From positions 32,001-96,000 of the forward strand of contig JBCCHT010000041.1 in NCBI GenBank assembly GCA_039028615.1: a stretch of DNA of 64,000 nucleotides, given 5' to 3'. Positions 28,917-38,536 of this stretch are shown here, piece by piece. A model generated the notes under the pieces. The model ran no database searches and was not told where the DNA came from. It saw only the letters and a list, made by a program, of their open reading frames with translations. The translations under genes and the position numbers were made by a program. This DNA is from Myxococcota bacterium. GTDB taxonomy: Bacteria; Myxococcota_A; Polyangia; Nannocystales; Nannocystaceae. The first letter of the stretch is position 1, and the number at the start of each line of letters is the position of its first letter.

Positions 28917-29912
28917 TCAGCTCATGCGAATTTCGGTGTGCGGCCCGATGCCCATCTGCGTGGCACCACCGCCCGGAGCCCGACGCACCAGCTCGACGCC
29001 GTCGAGCCCCGCTCGCACCAGATCGCGACGCAGCATGTGCAGCAGCAGGTTGAGGTCGGCGCTCGACTTTTCCTTGCCCGGCCACACCGTGTTCAGCACG
29101 GTGGAGTCGGGCACCAGGTCTCCCGCCCAGTAGGGCGCAGGCGGCTTGAGCAGGCACGCGAGCAGCTCGCGACACTCGTCGGAGACATAGGCGCTGTGAG
29201 CCGTGCCCGCGATGTGCAGGTGCAGCCGAGCCCCCCGCGGGAGCGTCTGCAGGTGCACCTGGGTGGGCGAGCCGGGGCGCGCGTTGTCTTGGGGCCCGAC
29301 GGTGGTGTCCGTATGCAGGCGCCCGGAGGTCATCACTTGCACCCGATGCCCCCCGACCACGATCACCGTGCCCGGGCCGATGGGTAGCACTTCGCCCACC
29401 TGGTGCGGCTTCGGGTTGCGACCGATCACCGCCTCCATACCGAGCTCGACGAACAGCCGCTGCTGCGCGCTCTGGAGCCGCAGCGCGGCCGGAGGCAGGT
29501 CGTCGAAGCGCACGTCGTCGTTGGGGCCTCCGCCCAGCGTCAGCGGGCTCTCGTCGACGCCGAACATGCCGCCGCCCACGACTCGCATGACCCACGCGGG
29601 TTCCTGCTGGACGCCCTCGGCTCGCTCGACCTGCACGGAGACCTCGAGGCCCGGCACCGCGATGCGGTCGCCCTCGGCCAGCGTGCTCCCGTCGACCGCC
29701 TCGCCGCCCACCCGCGTCGGCGCACGGCCCATGGCCACCACGTGCGGGCCTTCGGGGGTCACGTGCACGAGGGCGTGATGGCGGCTGGCCTGCGGGTCGT
29801 GGAGCACCACGTCGCAGTCGAGGCCTCGTCCAATGAGCACTCCGGCGCCGGCCACCCGCACCTTGCTTTCATCGGGAAGACAGAGCCACCAGGTTTCCAT
29901 CGAGGGTGTCAC
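28917..29912 (-). CDS. FHA-domain protein with C-terminal OmpR-type winged helix
   Basis: LIGRGLDCDVVLHDPQASRHHA (FHA), a second degenerate FHA-like segment, ELLACLL...VLNTVWP...LNLLLHMLRRDL. Confidence 0.75.
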   Translation of the reverse strand: MTPSMETWWLCLPDESKVRVAGAGVLIGRGLDCDVVLHDPQASRHHALVHVTPEGPHVVAMGRAPTRVGGEAVDGSTLAEGDRIAVPGLEVSVQVERAEGVQQEPAWVMRVVGGGMFGVDESPLTLGGGPNDDVRFDDLPPAALRLQSAQQRLFVELGMEAVIGRNPKPHQVGEVLPIGPGTVIVVGGHRVQVMTSGRLHTDTTVGPQDNARPGSPTQVHLQTLPRGARLHLHIAGTAHSAYVSDECRELLACLLKPPAPYWAGDLVPDSTVLNTVWPGKEKSSADLNLLLHMLRRDLVRAGLDGVELVRRAPGGGATQMGIGPHTEIRMS

Positions 29913-30082
29913 GCGCTGGATCAGCGTATCCGATGCGCGCCTTCGCGCCTCAAAGAATGACGAATCCGTAAAACGGAGCCCGTTCGATGCGTCCGAGCAT
30001 TGTTCCGCGCTGTGGGTGCTTTGCCCACCGCCGGCGACGCATCCCGAATTGTGGGGGAGAAATTTACACGCGAGACCGACCG

Positions 30083-30928
30083 CTACCCGAATACGGGGAG
30101 GACTCGTTCTGCGTACAAATGATCGAGCATGCCCTGCATCGTGGTCTGCGTGTGATGGGCGAGCTCGCCGGCGTGGTCCCAGGGGCCCGACGGCATGGCC
30201 TCACCGATCTGCACCGTGATCTTGGCGGGCAGCGGCAGGTAGGGCAGCGCGCAGGTGGGGCCGAGCAGCACGCCCCACGGAGCCGCGAGCACGATGGGCA
30301 GCGAGTGCACCCGCGCCCACCGAGGCAAGCGCAGCGCATTGGCGAGGCGACGACCCTGCCGCAGCACGACCAAGGTCTCGTGCGAGCCCGCGCCCACGAT
30401 GGGCACGATGGGCACGTCGTGCTCCTTGGCGAGGCGAGCGAAGCCTTCGCGTCCGGCCAGCACGACCTTGCGACGGTCGCGATAGGGACGGAGCGTCTCG
30501 ATGTCGCCGCCCGGGAACACGAGCAGCTTGTGGCCTTGCTCGAGCACTTGATGAGCGGTGTCGCGACTGGCGGGCACGATGCCCACCGAGCGCAAGACCT
30601 CGGCCACCTTGGGGTGCTTGAACAAGATGTCGTGCGCGAGGATGTAGACCGGCCGGTCGTACCCGCGCGTGCGGTAGTAGTGCACGAGGAACAACCCATC
30701 GACCGGGCTCAGCCCGCCGTTGTGATTGCCGACCAACACCGCCGGACCCTCGGGCACATGCTCGAGACCACGCACCTGCAGTCGGTGGTATCGCGCGAGC
30801 AACTCGAACCCCCGCACGCTGGCCTCGATTGCACTCGGTGAAACCGGAGTCAGCTCGGGTGCAACTTCGGCTCGCAGTGCGTCGACGATCGTTCGCACGC
30901 GACGACGAAGCGGACGCTCGCGAACCAA
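30083..30928 (-). CDS. Lysophospholipid/diacylglycerol acyltransferase family protein
   Basis: LVGNHNGG, LLVFPGGD, GFARLA...VPIVP motifs; start uncertain. Confidence 0.85.
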   Translation of the reverse strand: MVRERPLRRRVRTIVDALRAEVAPELTPVSPSAIEASVRGFELLARYHRLQVRGLEHVPEGPAVLVGNHNGGLSPVDGLFLVHYYRTRGYDRPVYILAHDILFKHPKVAEVLRSVGIVPASRDTAHQVLEQGHKLLVFPGGDIETLRPYRDRRKVVLAGREGFARLAKEHDVPIVPIVGAGSHETLVVLRQGRRLANALRLPRWARVHSLPIVLAAPWGVLLGPTCALPYLPLPAKITVQIGEAMPSGPWDHAGELAHHTQTTMQGMLDHLYAERVLPVFG

Positions 30929-30998
30929 GTCGCGGACGGCTCCCGCGAAATTCTCGAGCGGGGGCGTCGGGGTTGCGCCGACGTTGCCAAGGCCGGCG

Positions 30999-31934
30999 TT
31001 ACTGTAGGTGTGAACCTCGATGCGCAGACTGTGTCACACCCTGCGCAGGCGCGTCGACCTCGCGGGGTCGATTTCGTGAACTGGCCGAGATCGCCGTTCG
31101 AGCGAAGCTCACGACGCGATCGGTGACGGCCTGGGGCTGCTCGAGGTAGCCGCAGTGCCCAAAGTCGTTCCAGATCTCCACCTGCGCTTCTTGCGGAAGA
31201 TGGCGGAGGAAGAACTGCAGACTGGAGGGGGGAAGGATTCGTTCCTGGCGTCCCCAGAGCATCAGGGTGGGCATCGAGAGCCCGGACAGCTCCTCGGGTC
31301 GCAGCAGGTCGTCGGTGTCGAGGCTGTCGAGCATGCGCCGCAGCTGCTCGTTGGTGAAGCGCCCTCGGATCGCGTGGGCGAGCACGTGACGGAAGCCGGG
31401 CGGAGAGCTGGCGAGCATGCGGTCGACGAAGCGCAGCGCCTCGCCGTGCCGATCGACGCGGAAGGAATCGAGGAGCTGTTGCAAGCCCTGGTCATCCATC
31501 GGCGCGCCGCCGGGGCACACGAGCACCAGACCACGAACCTTGTGGGGCGAGCGGGCGGCGTAGCGAATCGCTCCGAAGCCACCCATGGAGGTGCCGAGCA
31601 AGATGACCGGCTCGTCGATGAGTCGATCGAGCACCTCGAACATGCCGTCTTGCATCGTCTGCCGACAAAGGCCCTGCGGCGGGACTTCGCTGAAGCCGTG
31701 ACCGGGGCAGTCGGGTGCGACGAGCCGACGGGTATGAGGAGCAAAGCGCCGCAGCAATCCCATGTAGGAGATGGCATTGGCCGAGAAGCCATGGAGCATG
31801 ACGACCGGCGGCAGGTCACCGCGGCCGGGGCCATCGAGCGCATGCAGCCGACCCACGCTGGTCTCCAGCCAACGGCTTCGCAGTCCCCAGGCGTTGAGGA
31901 CTCGTCTCGCTATGCGTTCGGACCGGGTCAGCAT
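30999..31934 (-). CDS. Alpha/beta hydrolase
   Basis: MLHGFS, PDCPGHGFS, GTSMGG nucleophile elbow, WGRQE, FGH. Confidence 0.88.
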   Translation of the reverse strand: MLTRSERIARRVLNAWGLRSRWLETSVGRLHALDGPGRGDLPPVVMLHGFSANAISYMGLLRRFAPHTRRLVAPDCPGHGFSEVPPQGLCRQTMQDGMFEVLDRLIDEPVILLGTSMGGFGAIRYAARSPHKVRGLVLVCPGGAPMDDQGLQQLLDSFRVDRHGEALRFVDRMLASSPPGFRHVLAHAIRGRFTNEQLRRMLDSLDTDDLLRPEELSGLSMPTLMLWGRQERILPPSSLQFFLRHLPQEAQVEIWNDFGHCGYLEQPQAVTDRVVSFARTAISASSRNRPREVDAPAQGVTQSAHRGSHLQ

Positions 31935-32089
31935 CGGACGAAGACCATCCAAGCAATTTGGACGCCGACCTGTCCATAAGTCGTCGTTTTTGGCGGGTGC
32001 AGCTGTGGCACGGATCACAGGGTCGCGCAGCCTCGTGCGCACGCTCGCCGTGCACTACGGTGCGCAGTCGCGATCGGATCGCCGCCCGT

Positions 32090-32854
32090 TCAACGTTCGC
32101 GGGCGTGATCGCGGTAGTAGTCGACGACCGACTCCGCCAAGCCGTCGATCACCAAACCGCGCTGCGCACCATCGAGCAAGCGACGGCCTTCGTGCGGGTG
32201 ATCGAGGAAGCCCGCTTCGAAGAGCACGGCCGGCATGCGAGCGCCCATCAACACATCGAAGCCCGCCTGCTTCACGCCACGGTCGACCCGGCCGGGAAAG
32301 CGCTCCGCTTGTTCTTGCTGGATGCGTCGAGCGAAGCCCATCGCACGCGCGCGATGGGTGATGAGCTCGAGCTCCCGAACCATGGTCATCGCCTGGGCCC
32401 GGGCCGCCTCGCCCTCGTCGGTGCCCCGCGCGGTCACGGCGGTGTCCCGCTCGGCCAGGTCGAGGTCGAGGACGTAGGTCTCGAAACCGGTCTGTGGGCC
32501 GGCTCCCGAGGCGTTCGCGTGCAGGCTGATCATCAGGTCGGCCTCCGCTGCATTGGCCCGCGCCACCCGCTCGGCCAGGGTCACCGTTTCGTCGCCGGTC
32601 CGGGTCAACACCACCGTGGCGTGGGGAAGCCGCTGGGCCAGCGCCCGACGCAGCTCTTGGGCCATGGCCAGGGTCACGTCCTTTTCGCGTATCTCCCCGT
32701 CAAAGGCCACGCAGCCGCCGTTGGTGCCGCCGTGGCCCGGGTCGATCGCAATCACGAAGGACCGCTCCACCACAGGAACGGGCCCCGCTGTCGCCCCGAT
32801 ATCGGGGGTCAGAGCCAACAGACCGAGGGCCAACAGGGCGCTTCCCAATCGCAT
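32090..32854 (-). CDS. N-acetylmuramoyl-L-alanine amidase (Amidase_3)
   Basis: Signal peptide, IDPGHGG, EKDVTL, ISLHAN, PAVLFEAGFL. Confidence 0.92.
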   Translation of the reverse strand: MRLGSALLALGLLALTPDIGATAGPVPVVERSFVIAIDPGHGGTNGGCVAFDGEIREKDVTLAMAQELRRALAQRLPHATVVLTRTGDETVTLAERVARANAAEADLMISLHANASGAGPQTGFETYVLDLDLAERDTAVTARGTDEGEAARAQAMTMVRELELITHRARAMGFARRIQQEQAERFPGRVDRGVKQAGFDVLMGARMPAVLFEAGFLDHPHEGRRLLDGAQRGLVIDGLAESVVDYYRDHARER

Positions 32855-32930
32855 ATCCTACATGTAGGGCAATCAGCTCCAGATCGAAAATATCCCTCGA
32901 AACGTCCAGGATGCTAGACCTCGTCCGTTC

Positions 32931-34526
32931 GTGCCGCGTCCGCACTCCACCGCGCCAATCCTTGCGGCGACTGCGCTGATCGGTGGCGTCCTCCAGATCA
33001 TGGCCACCGTGATGCTGGGGCTCGCGCCGCTGGAGCAGCTGCGCGTCGTCGAGGCCGAGGGTGCCCGCCCTTACCTGCTCGGCATGTTCGCCACCATCGT
33101 CGGGCTCGTGGTCGTGTGGTTTCTGCGGCGCAAGCCGTTGATCGCGGTGGTGGTGCTGCTCGCGTGGCAAGGCGCCGTGTTCTGGCCGCTGAGCGCACGC
33201 ACCAGCTCGCTCGGCCTCGCCTTCCACGGCGAGTACGTGATGCACCACTTCACCGGGCTCGTCGCCGCGGCGACGTGCATCGCGGTCGCCAGCAGCTGGG
33301 TGCGGCAGCCCGACCTGGGGCGAGCCCGGCTCGTTCCGGCCGCGCTTGTGATCGCGGGTGCGTTGTCGCTGCTGGCCGCCCATGTGCTCGAGCAACCGAG
33401 CATCGGCGAGCGCGGGTGGCCGTGGCTCGAGCGCGGAGGCGCAGCGGCCTTGCTGCTCGCGTGGGGCCTGGCGTTGGCGACGATGGGCCGCCATCACTCT
33501 CCCGGTCGGCTGCGCATCGTGGCCGCGGTGTTGTTGGTGCCGTTCTTGGTGCGGGTGGCCTACGCGTGGCCCGAAGGCCTGGCCGGCGCCTCGGTGGTCG
33601 ACGAAGGCCGCACGCCACTGATGATCGCGATGTTCATCGCGGCCATGACCACCTTCGCGTTGTTCCGTCCGAACCTCGCCCCCAGCATTCGCACGCTGGT
33701 GCTGGCGTTCTCCGGGCTCGCCGCGCTGCTGATGTACTACTTTTATCGGCACGGCTTCGGCGAGCTCGAGGCCGGCCTGGGTGGGCTCGCGCAGTCGATG
33801 TTCGCGTTCTCCCTCCCCTACCCCACCTATCTTCCCGCCTGGAAGGTCTGGGGCGTCATGCTGGGGCTGTTTGCGATGTTCGGCTCCGCGTACGCGGGGC
33901 TGGTCAGCTCGACGCAGCGGGCCCGCGGCCTCGCCCTGGCGCTGCTGGTGGTGACCGGGCTGGGCCTGTCCACGCCGCCCTTGGTGCTGATGACCGCCGC
34001 GGGCGCCCTGCTGTGGATCGACTCGCTGCTCGATACGCCCGTCATCACCCCCGCGGCCGCGCCCACGATGCCGATGACCGACATCATCCAGGACGCCGCC
34101 GCGCAGCTCGACGCGCCCGGGCTGGTGGTGATCGATGACGGCAACGAGTCGCTGCTCGCCATGCGCGGTGACGTCAACGACACCACGGTCGATCTTCGCG
34201 CTCGACGATCACGGCGCGGCGAGTGGGAGCTGACCTTGCAGGTCGGCGTGCTCGGCCGCAGCCGCCCCATGCTGCGGCTCATCCCCGAGCTGGGCGACGC
34301 GGGCCATCGCCCCGCGCACCTGCTCGGCCGTACGCACTTCGCCCAGGGTCAGGTCCGCAACCTCGAGCTGCTGGACGACTCGCTCTTCGACGCGCTGATG
34401 CCCTTCCGGCAGGCCCACGTCGAGTTCTGGGACGCGGGCACCCGGGTACGGCTCGGGGCCGCGCTCGGCAAGCTCGACGGCCAGACGCTCGCGACGCTCA
34501 TTCGCGAGCTGACCTCGATGGATTGA
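32931..34526 (+). CDS. Polytopic membrane protein with soluble C-terminal domain, function unknown
   Basis: About a dozen hydrophobic segments followed by a ~160-aa hydrophilic domain. Confidence 0.75.
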   Translation: MPRPHSTAPILAATALIGGVLQIMATVMLGLAPLEQLRVVEAEGARPYLLGMFATIVGLVVVWFLRRKPLIAVVVLLAWQGAVFWPLSARTSSLGLAFHGEYVMHHFTGLVAAATCIAVASSWVRQPDLGRARLVPAALVIAGALSLLAAHVLEQPSIGERGWPWLERGGAAALLLAWGLALATMGRHHSPGRLRIVAAVLLVPFLVRVAYAWPEGLAGASVVDEGRTPLMIAMFIAAMTTFALFRPNLAPSIRTLVLAFSGLAALLMYYFYRHGFGELEAGLGGLAQSMFAFSLPYPTYLPAWKVWGVMLGLFAMFGSAYAGLVSSTQRARGLALALLVVTGLGLSTPPLVLMTAAGALLWIDSLLDTPVITPAAAPTMPMTDIIQDAAAQLDAPGLVVIDDGNESLLAMRGDVNDTTVDLRARRSRRGEWELTLQVGVLGRSRPMLRLIPELGDAGHRPAHLLGRTHFAQGQVRNLELLDDSLFDALMPFRQAHVEFWDAGTRVRLGAALGKLDGQTLATLIRELTSMD

Positions 34527-34533
34527 TCGCTCG

Positions 34534-34827
34534 TCAGTTCGACGAGAAGTAGTAGCGCATGGCCTCGAACCAGCCGGGCTTGCCCGCGAGCTGCTCGAGC
34601 TCACCGTCGTCGAGGTAGACGCCACCGCAGCTGAAGCACTTGTCGACCTTGACCCCGCGGAAGGTGATCTCGTCGAGGCTCATCCCGCACTTGGGGCAGC
34701 GCATCCAATGAGCGGTCTTGAGCTCGGAGCGCTCGGTCTCGGTGAGTTCGCCGTGATCGCGCTCGCGCTCGGCTCGACGACGATCGAGCTCCTCGCGTGA
34801 ATGTTGATCGCTGGCGCCTTCGCTCAC
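34534..34827 (-). CDS. zf-TFIIB-type zinc-ribbon protein
   Basis: MRCPKCG...VDKCFSCGGVYLDDGELEQL; SD AAGGAAGG before GTG at 34827. Confidence 0.85.
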   Translation of the reverse strand: MSEGASDQHSREELDRRRAERERDHGELTETERSELKTAHWMRCPKCGMSLDEITFRGVKVDKCFSCGGVYLDDGELEQLAGKPGWFEAMRYYFSSN

Positions 34828-34956
34828 CCTTCCTTGTTCGCCCGTCGCGTGGGTCCCCGTCAACTGGTTTCGAGACGTGCGCGGTTGTGCGACCCGCCGA
34901 CCGCCGCCATGGGCGAGGCAACGAAGTTCGAGCGGACCGCGGAAGGCCCGACCGGA

Positions 34957-37416
34957 TCAGCCGTGCTTCTCGACGTAGGCCAACGCGGTGGGATCCCGCG
35001 GGCGCAGCTCGAGCAGCTTGCGGTAGTGGCCGACCGCCTTGGAGGTCTGCCCCATCTTCGCCGCCGCCTTGGCCGCCTGTCGGACGGCCGGAGCAAAGCT
35101 CGGCGACTTGCGGAGGATCTTCTCGAAGCTCTCGAGCGCCTGGCCGGTCCGGCCCTGCTTGGCCTGGGCCAGACCCATGCACAGCTGGAGGTCGAGATCT
35201 CCGGGGCGCCGGGCCTTGGCCTTGCGCAGCAGCTCGAGGCCGTTCTTCACGTCGCCCGAGTCGACGGCATCGCAGCCGCGACCGATGAGTGAATCGACGG
35301 ACTCGGTCTTGGGCTTGCGCGCCGCCGGGGCCTTGCCCGACTCCGACTCCGCCGCTCCGCCGGAGCCACTGTCGCCCGCGGTCTCACTGCCACCGGTCGT
35401 GCTTCCTGCCGCGGTCTCGGCCCCGCCTTCGCTGTCCTTGGGGGGCGGCTGGGCACCGGTGCCCGCGGGGGTCGGCGTACCAGCGGTCGCCGTCCCGGCC
35501 ACGCTCGGGGTCGACCCGGCGGCGCCGCCCTTCACCAGGGCCATCGCGGTGGGCTGCCCGGGCACCTTGTCGAGCACGGCCTGCGCCACGGTGCGGGCCT
35601 TGGCCTCGTCGCCCGCTCGCTTGTAGGCCACCGCCAGGGTCAGCTGGGCCAGGGCGCTGCGCTCGGGCAAGCCTTCGAGGCCCGCGATGACGCCGTCGGG
35701 CAGGGCAGCCGCGGGGTCGCGCCACAGCGGCGCGGCATCGACCAGCGGGCGAAGCTCGCCGCTGCCGTCCTCGGGCAGCAGCGGGAGAATCTCGGCGGCG
35801 GGTCGCCCCTGCGCCAGGCGCATGCGAGCCCGCACTCGCGTCATGTTGGTGCGATCGGCGACGTCGTCGACCACCACGCTGCCCAGGATCCGGGTGGCTC
35901 GCTCGACGTCGTCGGAGGCCGTGTCCGAGCCCTCCACGCCGACCGCCGCGCCCAGGGCATGATCGATCGCCCGCGTGGACAGCAGCTCGACCTGAGCGAG
36001 CTTCATGGCGGCCACGCCCGAAGCCGGAGTGCCGCCTGCGTCGAGCCGCGCCTGCAGGGCCGCCTCGGCCTCGCCCAGCGCGACCGGGTCGAGGCTCGCC
36101 ATGGCGGACCGAGCCGCGTCGAGCTCTTCGAGCTTGGCGACCTCGTCGTCGCCCTTGCCCGCCAGCTGCCCGGCGAAGTCGAGGACCTTGGTGCGAATGC
36201 TGGGCACGCCGAAGACCACCGCGACGCCGGCCAGCAACCCCAGGCCGGCCACCCACGGCCAGGTGCGGCGCGGAGGCTTGTCGGAGGGCCCGGCGATGTC
36301 GCGGGCGAAGGTCTTTTGGCGGCGACGGGGTCCGCCCGGCGCCGAGCCGAGCTTGGACGACTCGGCGGGCTCGCGACGGCTTCGCTTGGGACCGCTCGGC
36401 TCGCGCGGGCTGACTCGCGGACGCTCGACGGCGATGGCCGAGCTGCGAACCTGGGCGCTCTCGGCCGCATCGGGCTCACGCGGCCGGACGGGGACGGGGA
36501 CCTCTTCCTCGTCGTCGTCCTTCGCCTCGGGCTCGTCGGTCTCGTCCGGCTCGGCATCCGCGTCGACGCGGTTGGTCACCGACTCGAGCATCGACTTCAC
36601 GTCGTTGGGGACCTCGTCGGCGCCGTAGATCAGCGTGGTCTTGGCCGGGCGTGGCGGAGGCTCGACCGGAGCCTGCTCGCTCACCTCCGCGATCTTGTCG
36701 ACGCGCGCGGTCGGAGTGTACGGACGCGGGCGCAATCGCACCGCCGACTCGTCCATCATCGCGGCCGCTTCTTCGGGCGACAGCTCGGGCTCGGGCTCGA
36801 GCTCTTCCGAGTCGATGCCCACCTCGGCCATCGGGAACGGCATCGGCCCCGAGGTCTCCGCGCGCTCCTCGGGCTCTTCGGGGGGAACGGTGGTGCGCTC
36901 GGACTCCGGCTCGACGGCGGGCGCGAGCGTGGCCGACGGCATCAGCTGGTCGAGCCCGGGCGTGTCGACGACCAGGATGTCGGTGTCGACCCCCTGGACG
37001 ACGGGCATCGTGCCACCGAAGCTCGGCGGCGGACCCAGCTCATCGATCGCGGACGAAGGGTTCTCGGCCGGGTCGACCCGCTCGTAGACCTGCGGAAGAT
37101 CGGAGAAGCCCGAGAACACGTCCGAGAACTCGGGCATGTCTCCCAGGCGCAGCCAGTGCCGACCCGTTCGCGACACCATGTCGTCCGGGTGTAGGCGCCC
37201 CTCCTCGATCCACATCCGAAGTGTGTTGAGGTCGGGTGCCGTAAACAGCAGGTCTTCGACGGTGCGAATTTGCCACGGGTGTTCGCCCGTGCCCTGCGGG
37301 GGCTCGACGGGGAAGACGTAGCCACACACCGAGCAGCGTACGGTCGCACCCTCGGGACCAATCTGCTGGTCTTCGAGTGAGAACTCGGTGTGGCAGTTCG
37401 CGCAACGAACGATCAA
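34957..37416 (-). CDS. Zinc-ribbon (MJ0042-like)/GYF-like, single-TM, C-terminal TPR protein
   Basis: MIVRCANCHTEF...VRCSVCGYVF, LRMWIEEGRLHPDDMVSRTGRHW..LGDMPEF (GYF_2-like), acidic/Pro linker, TM helix, C-terminal TPRs. Confidence 0.8.
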   Translation of the reverse strand: MIVRCANCHTEFSLEDQQIGPEGATVRCSVCGYVFPVEPPQGTGEHPWQIRTVEDLLFTAPDLNTLRMWIEEGRLHPDDMVSRTGRHWLRLGDMPEFSDVFSGFSDLPQVYERVDPAENPSSAIDELGPPPSFGGTMPVVQGVDTDILVVDTPGLDQLMPSATLAPAVEPESERTTVPPEEPEERAETSGPMPFPMAEVGIDSEELEPEPELSPEEAAAMMDESAVRLRPRPYTPTARVDKIAEVSEQAPVEPPPRPAKTTLIYGADEVPNDVKSMLESVTNRVDADAEPDETDEPEAKDDDEEEVPVPVRPREPDAAESAQVRSSAIAVERPRVSPREPSGPKRSRREPAESSKLGSAPGGPRRRQKTFARDIAGPSDKPPRRTWPWVAGLGLLAGVAVVFGVPSIRTKVLDFAGQLAGKGDDEVAKLEELDAARSAMASLDPVALGEAEAALQARLDAGGTPASGVAAMKLAQVELLSTRAIDHALGAAVGVEGSDTASDDVERATRILGSVVVDDVADRTNMTRVRARMRLAQGRPAAEILPLLPEDGSGELRPLVDAAPLWRDPAAALPDGVIAGLEGLPERSALAQLTLAVAYKRAGDEAKARTVAQAVLDKVPGQPTAMALVKGGAAGSTPSVAGTATAGTPTPAGTGAQPPPKDSEGGAETAAGSTTGGSETAGDSGSGGAAESESGKAPAARKPKTESVDSLIGRGCDAVDSGDVKNGLELLRKAKARRPGDLDLQLCMGLAQAKQGRTGQALESFEKILRKSPSFAPAVRQAAKAAAKMGQTSKAVGHYRKLLELRPRDPTALAYVEKHG

Positions 37417-37476
37417 CGGCCGACCTGCTGGCGGACGTTAGCATAGGGGGCGTCTGGACCGCGTACGGGCCCAGAG

Positions 37477-37683
37477 TCAGCCCGCGAGCCGGCTGATGAT
37501 CCCGCCGCCGAAGGCCACGACGACCACCACCGCCAGCAGAGCGCCGAAGAGCTTCATGGCCTGGGGGATCCCATGGATGGGCTCCAACCCCGCCTCCGCC
37601 CCGCAGTTGGGGCACGCCAATGCGGCATCTCCGTCGTCCGGAGCGGAGAATTCATGATGGCATCGCGCGCAGAGGTAGGACAC
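37477..37683 (-). CDS. Small zinc-ribbon membrane protein
   Basis: YLCARCHHEF...CPNCGAE followed by a hydrophobic helix. Confidence 0.7.
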   Translation of the reverse strand: MSYLCARCHHEFSAPDDGDAALACPNCGAEAGLEPIHGIPQAMKLFGALLAVVVVVAFGGGIISRLAG

Positions 37684-37692
37684 GTCGCCTCT

Positions 37693-37721
37693 TCCCTACC
37701 GAGCGGTCGGGACCCTGTCAA
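37693..37721 (-). promoter_or_regulatory. Candidate sigma-70 promoter
   Basis: Minus strand TTGACA-N17-TAGGGA upstream of GTG at 37683. Confidence 0.45.
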
Positions 37722-37819
37722 GCAAACCCCGCGAAGAGCGCCGCAGGTTGCGTCTGTGTTCATGCGGCCTTTTCGCGCGGTTTACGGCCGCGGCTCACGC
37801 CGGGTGGCACACTACCGGG

Positions 37820-38536
37820 GTGCGACTGCTGCTCATCGAGGACGACCCCCGGCTGGCCGAGCACACGGCCGAGTATCTGCGGGACCACGACGCCGAAGTG
37901 GAGATCGTGGCCGACGGCGCGGTGGGCCTCGAGCGAGCCGCCGCGGGGGAGCACGACCTGGTGCTGCTCGACCTGATGCTGCCCGGCCTCGATGGCCTCG
38001 AGGTCTGCAAGCAGCTGCGCCAGCGCTCCTCCATTCCCGTCATCATGCTGACCGCGCGCGGCGACGAGATCGATCGCGTGGTCGGCCTGGAGCTCGGGGC
38101 CGACGACTACCTGCCCAAGCCCTTCAGCCCCCGCGAGCTGCTCGCCCGCATTCGTGCCGTGCTGCGACGCAACGCGGGCACCAGCGATGCGGCCGAGGCC
38201 CAGCGGGTGGAGATTGGCCCGCTGCAGATCGATCGCGACCGCCGAACCACACAGGTCGGCGAAGCGGCGCTCGAGCTGACCGCCTACCAGTTCGACCTGC
38301 TGTGGGTGCTGGCCCGCAGCGCGGGCAAGGTGCTGTCCCGCGAGCAGCTGCACGCCCACGTCCGACAGCTCCGCGGCGAGCCTTCGATCGAGTTCGACCC
38401 CGCCGTCGACCGCTCCATCGACGTGCACATGAGCAAGGTCCGCGGCGCGCTGAGCTCGGTCGACGCCCGGGCCAAGACCCTGATCCGCACCATTCGCGGC
38501 GTGGGCTACGTGCTCAGCGACGAGGACGGATCATGA
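37820..38536 (+). CDS. OmpR/PhoB family response regulator
   Basis: LLIEDD, LLDLMLPGLDG, GADDYLPKPF, DRSIDVHMSKVR, IRTIRGVGY. Confidence 0.95.
   Translation: MRLLLIEDDPRLAEHTAEYLRDHDAEVEIVADGAVGLERAAAGEHDLVLLDLMLPGLDGLEVCKQLRQRSSIPVIMLTARGDEIDRVVGLELGADDYLPKPFSPRELLARIRAVLRRNAGTSDAAEAQRVEIGPLQIDRDRRTTQVGEAALELTAYQFDLLWVLARSAGKVLSREQLHAHVRQLRGEPSIEFDPAVDRSIDVHMSKVRGALSSVDARAKTLIRTIRGVGYVLSDEDGS

Noticed and set aside
21329..32050. Possible genomic island or mobile element
   Set aside because: Gene content looks accessory, but no integrase, transposase, tRNA target or flanking direct repeats were found.
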